Notes under the pieces: model-generated
Databases searched by the model: none
What the model was told of the DNA's origin: nothing
Seen by the model: only the letters and a program-made list of their open reading frames with translations
Assembly (NCBI GenBank): GCA_964016885.1
Contig: OZ024742.1
Coordinates: forward strand, 148,180,001 to 148,244,000
DNA: 64,000 nt
Reading direction: 5' to 3'
Source: Eledone cirrhosa
Taxonomy: Eukaryota
Part shown: positions 54,900-64,000 of the stretch, piece after piece
Layout: each line of letters begins with the position of its first letter
How positions within the stretch are numbered: the stretch's first letter is position 1
Translations under genes and position numbers: made by a program

Positions 54900-57217
54900 G
54901 ACACAGCACACAGATACAGGCAAACAAAATAACACAAGACAGGGAGGAGAAACCGATAGTAATAAAAATTATCAATCTTACTAGTGCAGAACCAACACCC
55001 AACCTTATCAACTTACTCTCCAAAGGTCTTAAATTCACACCGACCCCACTACGTCCTAACTACTATGAAATGAAGGAAGACATCACAGACTTCTGTAGAA
55101 AGTTACGACTTAGTGAACAACTATTCGACCAGTACAATGAGGATGAATCATTAGCCAGAAATAGAAGCAATTACACCCCTTCAAAAGGTAGAAATAAAAA
55201 TCCTGGACGAATTCTGTGAACACATCACAAACTTCCCTTACCAACACTTGAACAGACAAAAACACAAGCCAAACCTCAACAAGAAAGAATGGGAAGAATT
55301 AAATAGATTAAAAACCGACAGAACCATTACAATTAAAGAGGCTGATAAAGGGAGTACAGTAGTCCTAATGGAGACAGAATTCTATATCAACTTAGCGCTC
55401 TCCACTTTGGAAAACGAAACATACTACGAAAAGGCTGAACACTACAATCAACAGAAAATTATGAGAAACCTAAAAACTCTAATCAACCAATACAAAGAAG
55501 GACTCACTAACAAGGAATTCAGCTTCATCACAGACTTCACAAGTAAATCCAGCCTTTTCTACGGTATCCCTAAAGTACATAAAAGCGAATCAATAAGTAA
55601 GGCATGCAAGGAAGCCACAGACATAGTCATCAATGTCCCCTCACCCAATGATCTCAAATTAAGACCTATAATAGCAGGCCCCGCTTGCGAAACGCACCGT
55701 CTTAGCAACTTCATTGATACCCTTCTCAAACCCTTCCTCAAGCACATCAAAAGCTATATAAGGGACGACCTAGATATGCTCAATCACCTCCCTAATATGC
55801 CACTTTCTGAACAAACCCTACTAGTGACGTTCGATGTAGTCAACCTATACTCCAACATCCCCCACAACCTAGGAATAGAAGCTATCCAATTCTGGCTGGA
55901 TAATTTCCACAATGAACTCCCACAACGCATCAAAAAAAAATTCGTGATAGAGGGACTCAAATTTATTTTGGAGAACAATTACTTCGTTTTCAACAACAAA
56001 CCCTACAGGCAGAAATCTGGGACCGCTATGGGAACGAAAACAGCCCCTACTTATGCCAACCTAGTCATGGGATACCTGGAAATCACCCTCTACACTAAAG
56101 TCCTAAACAAATTTGGAAACACCCTCCACTTACACATTGAAAGGAACTGGAAGCGATATCTAGATGACTGCTTCATCCTTTCGCACGAAAACATCGAAAA
56201 ACTTAAAGAATTTCACACCCTTATAAATGGGCTCAACACAAATATTAACTTCACGATGGAATACAGCCATCAACAACTCCCCTTCCTCGACATCCTCATT
56301 AAGATCCATAACAAAAAAATAGAAACAGACATATACTACAAGCCCACAGACTCCAAGCAATATCTCCCCTTCAACTCTTGCCACCCTAGACACGTTAAAA
56401 TTAATATTCCCTACAACTTAGCCAAGAGAATCTGTACTATAGTCTCCAATAAAAACATCTGCTACTTACGGCTACAAGAACTAAAGGACACACTCATAGG
56501 CAGGGACTACCCTGCATCACTAATTGACAATGGAATCCAACGTGCCCTAAAACTCAGTACCCGGGACCTTAGACACCCTAAAGTAAATCAACCAAAACTA
56601 AAAGCTCTTCCATACATCTCCACACACAACCCCCTCAACAATGAGGCCTTTGACACCATCCTCCAGAACATCCCTGTATTGAAAAAGGACCATAGAATGA
56701 ACCAAATTCTACGAACACACGATATCATAAAGAGCAAAAGACAATCCAAGTCAATGAAAAACATCTTAACACATGCCAAAGTACTGCCAACCACAACAAC
56801 GAAACCCACAATAAAAAATGCGATAGACCCAACTGTGGCATTTGCATCAACCTAATAGAGGGTTCGGAATTCTATTTCAAAGATGGACAACGTTTTATAG
56901 TAAAACACAATTTCACATGTGCATCGAAAAATCTAATATATGTATTAACTTGTTCAGGTTGTCGAGAACAATACATAGGCCAGACCCAAAACAGCCTCCG
57001 CCAACGCATGACTGTCCATAGATCCCAAATTAAAATACGGGAATACAGGAAAATACCACTGAGTGAACACATTGATACCTGTGCCGCCCAAAATCATCCC
57101 AACTTCAGAATCTTTCCCCTCTACAAATTTAAAGATAATGCCACCCACACCCAGCGCATCAGCAAGGAATCTTACTTCATTAACAAATACAGACCCCGTC
57201 TAAACACTTCTCCCTAA
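54900..57217 (+). pseudogene. PLE polyprotein (RT, zinc-finger linker, GIY-YIG endonuclease) with frameshifts near 55200 and 56815
   Basis: INLT..LLSKGLKFTP; ADKG; LRPIIAG; FDVVNLYSNIP; GTAMG; RYLDDCF; CDRPNCGIC; NLIYVLTCSGCREQYIGQT; ends RPRLNTSP. Confidence 0.9.
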
Positions 57218-57359
57218 GACGAACCCACAACATACACACGTCAACATACATACCTACATCAGCACACATCTCTACCCACATATAAACACAATGACACACG
57301 TAAACACACATGCTCTATGGTGCAATACAAAGAAATATATGTGCATATATATGTATGTA

Positions 57360-57406
<47 letters not shown>

Positions 57407-57550
57407 AATATATGTATGTGTATGTATATATAGTGAATATCATTTCACACCTTTTATTGTTAAGATTTTTGATGTTCTATTAAGAGAACCGATTTTACTG
57501 AAAAAATCGAATAATGTACACCATTTTACCAGGTGGAAAAAAATACTGGT

Positions 57551-57595
<45 letters not shown>

Positions 57596-57702
57596 AACAC
57601 ATATACACAAACACATACACACGCGTACATCAACATACAAAGAGACTTATACACACACACACACACACACGCACTTCTCCGTATAAGACAAAAGCTGAAA
57701 AA

Positions 57703-57784
57703 TATCTTTTGACATGCTAAAATACCCCCCATTGCTTTCAGACACATTCTTACTGACCATCCCTGCCACCACAAATTACTCTGC

Positions 57785-57823
<39 letters not shown>

Positions 57824-57904
57824 ATCTTTTGACATGCTAAAATACCCCCCATTGCTTTCAGACACATTCTTACTGACCATACCTGCCACCACGAATCACT
57901 CTGC

Positions 57905-57970
<66 letters not shown>
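57703..57970 (+). repeat. ~120-bp tandem duplication in the PLE 3' UTR
   Basis: TATCTTTTGACATGCTAAAATACCCCC at 57703 and 57823. Confidence 0.85.
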
Positions 57971-57973
<3 letters not shown>

Positions 57974-58042
57974 ATCCTAATAGCCATTTGACACACATCG
58001 CTGCTGGCCATTGTCGCAGCATCGAACACCTTACTACTACTA

Positions 58043-58108
<66 letters not shown>

Positions 58109-58616
58109 TTGTTGTGAAAGAGTCATTTCTCAATCTTTGCGCAAAACCAATTTTTTATTCATATGACCTCTACCGACCAATCAAAATTGTTTTGACCAAG
58201 AATTTTTGCTGGAGCCACTTTTTTAACATAAAAACAGTCTTGGCGCAAAATCAACTTTTTACATTCACATGACCTCTACCGACCAATCAAAATTGTTTTG
58301 ACCACAAGAATTTTTGCAACACAAAAATAACGCTGGAGCCACTTTTTTAACATAAAAACAGGTAGAATTCCCAAAACTAATCAGATCAGAGCAAACAGCA
58401 CGGACACTCTATCTCAAAATTATTTTTGAAAAGCATTTAGAAATGCGCAACCGGTAAAAACTTAAAAACTTAAAACCACAACTGAATACTAACCCATACA
58501 ATCACTAATACTCTTTTATTCCTAATTAAACCATTTTTCAACTGTGAACAATTTGTCAGCATTTTCTATTCCGTTTACCAATATATAATAACTTGTGTGT
58601 TACACCTCTATTCTTA

Positions 58617-58650
<34 letters not shown>

Positions 58651-58653
<3 letters not shown>

Positions 58654-58786
58654 CAGAATTAGCCGTCGAAACGGCTTGAGCTCAGCCGTCGGTGTCCTAC
58701 TCGTTCCTATTACCCACTCTACTACCCTAAGTATTAAGTACTTTGGTGCGTTATGGTCCACCTGGTTCCTTACCACATTTCCTTCG

Positions 58787-58788
<2 letters not shown>
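58651..58788 (+). mobile_element. Half-hammerhead mini-element, copy 3 (no inverted arm)
   Basis: gtccagaattagccgtc-GAAA-cggcttgagctcagccg-TC plus shared tail; inside (TA)n. Confidence 0.75.
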
Positions 58789-58845
<57 letters not shown>

Positions 58846-58849
<4 letters not shown>

Positions 58850-59555
58850 TAAAAAGGAAAAGAAAATGCTGACAAATTTTTCCCAGTAAAAAATAGTTTA
58901 ATTGGGAATAAATATAAATTAGTAATAAATATTGGTTAGTATTCAGTTTTAGTATTAAGTTTTTACCGGTTGCGCATTTCTAATGCTTTTCAAAAATAAT
59001 TTTGAAATTCTTCCTGTTTTATGTGAAAAAAGTGGCTCCAGAGGTATTAAGATTTGGTTGGTTGTTGAATGTCACGTGAATAAGTACTATAAATTTAGCG
59101 CCAATTCGTGTTGCAAAAATTCTTGTAGTAAAAACAATTTTGATTGGTCGGCAATTGATTTTAGCGCGAACTGGTTTGGCGCCAAATGTAGGTTTGTCGA
59201 AGAGTGTTCTTTTTCGCTTGATTGAGTTGCAGTCATGTTGAGAAGTCACTGAAAAACATGTCTATTAAGACAAATATGTGTGTGTGTGTGTGTGTGTGTG
59301 TGTAGTAAAGAGGTTCATTGTTGTGATAATGGTCAGTAGGGATGTGTGTGTGAGTTGCAGTCATGTTGAAAGGTCAACAGTTCAGGTGTCTAATAAGATA
59401 AATATGTGTGTGTGTGTGCGTGTGTGTGTGTGTGTAGCAGAGTGGTTCGTGGTAGAGGGAATGAATCGGTCAGTAGGAATGTGTGTGTACGTGTGTGGGG
59501 GTTATTTTAACATGTTGAAACATATTTTTCAGCTCTTGTCTTATACGGAGAAGTG

Positions 59556-59618
<63 letters not shown>

Positions 59619-60392
59619 TAGTGTACGCGTGTGTATATGTGTGTGTATGTGTGTGTGTGTGTATGTGTGTGTGTATATGTGTGTGTGTATATCTGTGTGT
59701 GTGTGTGTGTGGATGGACCAGTATTTTTGTGATACTGGTAAAAATGGCGTACATTATTCGATATTTTCAGTAATTTAAAAAACGATTCTCTCAAGAGAAC
59801 ATCAAAAACATCAATAATAAAAGAGGTGAAATGATGTATAGTATTGTCATAACACCAAGGTGTGTGGGAGTGTCCAGATTGTACGTACTGCAAGGGGAAT
59901 CCATTAGGCCCTGCCGAATGGGTTACTTGTGTACAAATATGTATGTGCCAATCAGTGTGCAATGCATGTGTGCGTATATGTATGTGTGTGTGTCGACACG
60001 TTTATATCTATAGACATCAAAAGGTATGCAAATTTGTGTATATTTGTGTTGCACCATAGAACATGTGTGTTTACGTATGTCATTGTGTTTATATGTGGAT
60101 AGAAATGTATGTAGGATGTATGCTGATGTAGGTATGTATGTTGACGTGTGTATGTTGTGGGTTCGTCTTAGGGAGAAGTGTTTAGACGGGGTCCGTATTT
60201 GTTAATAAAGTGAGATTCCTTGCTGATGCGCTGGGTGTGGGTGGCATTATCTTTAAATTTGTAGAGGGGAAAGATTCTAAAGTTAGGATGATTTGGGGCG
60301 ACACAGGTATCAATGTGTTCACTCAGTGGTATTTTTCTTTATTCCCGTATTTTAATTTGGGATCTATGGACAGTCATGCGTTGGCGGAGGCT
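58846..60392 (-). mobile_element. Second, 5'-truncated copy of the Neptune-like PLE, tail-to-tail with the first
   Basis: Diverged reverse complement of ~56993-58581. Confidence 0.85.
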
Positions 60393-61326
60393 CTTGCCAC
60401 CCTAGACACGTTACAATTAATATTCCCTACAACTTAGCCAAGAGAATCTGTACTATAGTCTCCAATAAAAACACCTGTTACTTACGGCTACAAGAAATAA
60501 AGGACTCACTCATAGGCAGGGACTAGCCTGCATCACTAATTGACAATGGAATCCAACGTGCCCTAAAACTCAGTACCCAGGACCTTAGACACCCTAAAGT
60601 AAATCAACCGAAACTAAAAGCTCTTCCATACATCTCCACACACCATCCCCTCAACAATGAGGCCTTTGACACCATCCTCCAGAACATCTCTGTGTTAAAA
60701 AAAGACCATAGAATGAACCAAATCCTTCGAACACACGATATCATAAAGAGCAAAAGACAATCTAAGTTAATGAAAAACATAGTAAAACACAATTTCCCAT
60801 GCGCATCAGAAAATCTAATATATGTATTAACTTGCTCAGGTTGTCGAGAACAATACATAGGCCAGACTAAAAACAGCCTCCGCCAACGCATGACTGTCCA
60901 TAGATCCCAAATTAAAATACGGGAATACAGAATACACAATTAAGGACAAAATGAAAACACACACACACATAGAACAAACAACCAACCAGTAACATGTAAA
61001 TAAACAAATGAATAAATGAACATAAACACACACAGACACCCGGATGTGGCGCATGCGCAGACTGAGCACACAACACACACACAGAAACAAAATGGCGTAG
61101 GACAGAACAAAGGAGAGGCACAAAAAACAAAGAAAAGAATCCCCAGTCACTGAAGAGGTCACAGAGTGTGTGACGAAAGAACTATGACAATATATAAACA
61201 ACTATCTGGTTGTGGAACCAACCAACCAACCAGAAATTTATAAATTTATAAATTTATTATAATAAATTGAAGCGAAAGCAACTGGTGCGTGTGTTTCTTA
61301 TTGGCAACATGACCCCCCCAAAGTAT

Positions 61327-61331
<5 letters not shown>
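60391..61331 (+). mobile_element. Chimeric PLE fragment with a foreign hammerhead-bearing 3' end
   Basis: 60391-60930 matches 56375-56763 joined to ~56898-57048; 60931-61331 is unrelated to the 3' UTR of the main copy. Confidence 0.8.
61146..61188 (+). ncRNA. Type I minimal hammerhead ribozyme
   Basis: gtca-CTGAAGA-g-gtcaca-gagtg-tgtgac-GAAA-gaac-TA-tgac; one extra purine after the core. Confidence 0.8.
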
Positions 61332-61365
<34 letters not shown>

Positions 61366-61368
<3 letters not shown>

Positions 61369-61438
61369 GACGGCTAATTATGGACCCAGAATTATCCGTC
61401 GAAACGGCTTGAGCTCAGCCGCCGGGGTCCTACTCGTT

Positions 61439-61442
<4 letters not shown>
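61366..61442 (+). mobile_element. Half-hammerhead mini-element, copy 4 (short arm, tail lost)
   Basis: ttcgacggctaattatggacccagaattatccgtc-GAAA-cggcttgagctcagccg-CC-gggg; inside (TA)n. Confidence 0.7.
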
Positions 61443-61502
<60 letters not shown>

Positions 61503-61503
<1 letters not shown>

Positions 61504-64000
61504 GGGACAACGAATTATTGTTATAGGTAGTCCACTTAGATGTAGTCCAGTTAGGGTACTCTGAGTAGTAGATAGTATTAACGCTTGGCTAAGTTTGACT
61601 CAACAAGACGTTTCCACAGTGATGCAGCGAGTACGCGGTGATTTCTATGTAGTTTGCACTTGGAGTAATAATAAATCAAGAAAGAAGTGTGACATGGTTT
61701 GCTATACAATAAGGGCTTTATTCACATTGCTGACAATTGTTTCTCTGAACTGGTAGGTCTAGAGATCGCTACCCGCCTGTTTTTGCGTCAATCGATCACC
61801 AATACTTTGTTATAACCAGTCAATTCATCAGAGCGTGCGAGAATGAAGGAAATACACAGGCATGGCTTCTATATATAGTAGTGGCATTAAATCAGAACAA
61901 TAATAACAATACTCAAATAAATTATCTAGACTGTAAATAGTTAAAATAATTACAACATCAATCTTAGTAAGACATAGAGTATACTGATGACTTTAGCATG
62001 TAAAACGAGTTGTTGCGAAGCAGATGTATGAAATTGACATGTAAAAGCTGTCATGGGGTATATTATATGTAGTTTAGAGATAACCTGGGGCTTGAAACAA
62101 TGGACCATTTACTTTACTGTAGGTTTGCTGACCGTAAGATTTATTTATTTTCTGACAGATAAAATATTTTCATTGTAGTGAGGATGGTAATTTTTAGGTG
62201 GTGTAAAGCGGATTCATTATTTAAGTGGTCTATATTAGATGAAGGGATTGTTAGTTCGAACCATGGGGTTGTTTAGCTTTCACAGCATCAATAACAAATA
62301 ATGCATGGATAAGATAACAATAACAGCAATATAGGCGGTAAGTTAATACAGAGGTTAAGGAAGCAAGGTATATATAGAGAGAACATGATGAATACTATTA
62401 CGGATACATTGGGGTGTTCATTATAACAACAGGAGGAAGGTGATATTTCAAGGACTGTGGTAGTAGTCAAATAATGTACTTAGAATTAAGTTCATCTGTT
62501 GAAAATCAAGAGTGAGGAGGTTGTGTTGACAGCAGCCGAGAAGAGATATATTTATGGGTTGATAAGATATTTGCAGACATTACTGTGGTATAGAATTAAG
62601 GAGGCTAGAAGCTGCTTATAAAATATTATAGTTCTGTGGTGGTCTGTGTGAGAGTGCGGATTTCATATATTGAATGCTAAGTTATGTCGAATTACGGTGG
62701 CTTAAATCTTGTGAATTTAGTAGCGATCCTGTGTCTGCAGAAAATTGACCTTTCTATCTTGTTGTTGAGTAGCCTTTTATCGTTCCTAAGGATATACAGT
62801 AATTCAAGGTCGCAGAGCCTACAATAGGACATACCGGTACTATATGCCCTTGCGGCCGACAACCTCGACCAGTTGATATTGTAGTCGATGTTTTTGTCCT
62901 TAAGTTCCCAGATTCTTTTGGCGAGGGTTGTAGAACCTATTAGTGCACGGTTCTTCATCGAATATCTGTGCACATACCATCTTTTTTTAAATGTACCCGC
63001 GGTGGATCCAATGTAATTCCAAGTGGAGTTGCCCGAGTTCACCGTACACATGTACACTAGGCTCGAATCAAGGCACCTGTTCGCCAAGGGCACCTATCTG
63101 GTAGGTGACAATTGCAGTTTGAGGTGTTATTCCGTGCAGCTTCCACACTGCTGTTTTGTACACTGCTATAAGTGGGTTGTGATTCATGCCCGTTGAGGTT
63201 TTGCTGCGGCGCGTTCGTATGCGTTTGCGGTTGTGATACTGTGATGTGTTTATGTTTAGAATTTGGTGCTATGTTGCGCATAGGTGGGGTGGTTTCCCTA
63301 GAGGTATTTCTGTGGTTGATCTTGCGTATGTGGGATTCTATATTTGCAGCCGTAGAGTATGAGAGTTTTATAGTTTTTCTATTGAGGATTTTATGATATC
63401 TATGTGATATATGGAAGTGTTTATCTATTAGTTTAAAAAACGTAGAAGGCAGTCTAGTTTTTACAGAGGAGTTGAAGATTGGATTAAACCACAGGTATCT
63501 TCTAATTCTTCTATAGTTTCTAGGGTTTACATTATTCGTGTTTGGACCACCTACTCTAGGTGCTATTTGCCTACCTCTATGTCTATTCTTGTTACCTCTA
63601 TTTTTGTGTGAGCGGTTGGTGTCAGTGTTAGTGGGTTTGTTTGAGTTGTCCTTATCTGTTATAAACTGCAGCTTTTCTTTGTGTCCGGCTCTATGTAATG
63701 CCGCGTTATAATAGTTAGCATGCTCATTAAAAATTTCTAGGTTTGAGGATAAGCGGGATATTCTAAAGGATATACTACGTGCTATGGATCTGATTATGGA
63801 TCGGAGGTGGTTCGAATTATAACTAATGTAGGCCAGATTCTCATTATTTTTGTGGAAGGGTTCTATTAATCTCGTATTTAGATTTAGAGTCACATCTAGA
63901 AAGTTTGCCTTTTTATGTTTCAGTTCGTAGGTAATACTTAGGCCTAGTTTTTTGAAGAATATTCTAATGTTTTTTCTTAATCTTTCTATGCGCTGGTTAT
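61503..64000 (-). mobile_element. Penelope-like element continuing beyond the window end (RT thumb, linker, GIY-YIG, 3' UTR)
   Basis: NFLDVTLNL; RRYLWFNP..ILNRKTIKLSYST; CNCHLPDRCP/LANRC with a frameshift near 63085; YIGSTAGTFKKRWYVH; CRLC..CRH; ORF ends at 62692. Confidence 0.9.
61729..61834 (-). ncRNA. Type I hammerhead ribozyme with long helix II insert
   Basis: Minus strand: gct-CTGATGA-attgactggt...accagttcaga-GAAA-caattg-TC-agc, followed by AATAAA. Confidence 0.75.

Larger units (their letters stand above)
54194..58581 (+). mobile_element. Near full-length Penelope-like element (Neptune-like) with inverted 5' pLTR
   Basis: 54194-54320 is the reverse complement of 58445-58581; RT plus GIY-YIG ORF; flanked by (TA)n. 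Confidence 0.9.

Noticed and set aside
61595-61665. Second hammerhead in the last PLE terminus (GAAACGTC on the minus strand)
   Set aside because: No recognisable CUGANGA core upstream.

Overview
Repeat-saturated, AT-rich metazoan DNA. The SINE families, (TA)n/(CA)n load and retroelement mix suggest an octopod cephalopod (inference). No host gene is recognisable, and most ORF-track entries are translations of microsatellites or satellite. The window is dominated by Penelope-like elements (PLEs): a nearly intact RT + GIY-YIG copy at ~54.2-58.6 kb inside a nested palindromic complex, plus fragments of a second PLE clade. Reading both strands by eye, I found 7 plausibly foldable type I hammerhead ribozymes with palindromic helix III, plus several relics. 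These include a non-coding ~646-bp hammerhead-bearing unit in inverted and partial tandem arrangement (retrozyme-like) and a family of four short elements carrying only the 3' half of a hammerhead, three with a snap-back arm. Also present: a head-to-tail Helitron array inserted in a PLE 3' UTR; Tx1/L1, R4/Dong, CRE, RTE, Gypsy and mariner remnants; and a 9.3-kb 'sandwich' satellite (G-rich minisatellite / ~20-bp A-tract satellite with ~1.2-1.3-kb higher-order repeats / same minisatellite). Structures and boundaries were assigned by manual reading and are approximate unless a junction is quoted.
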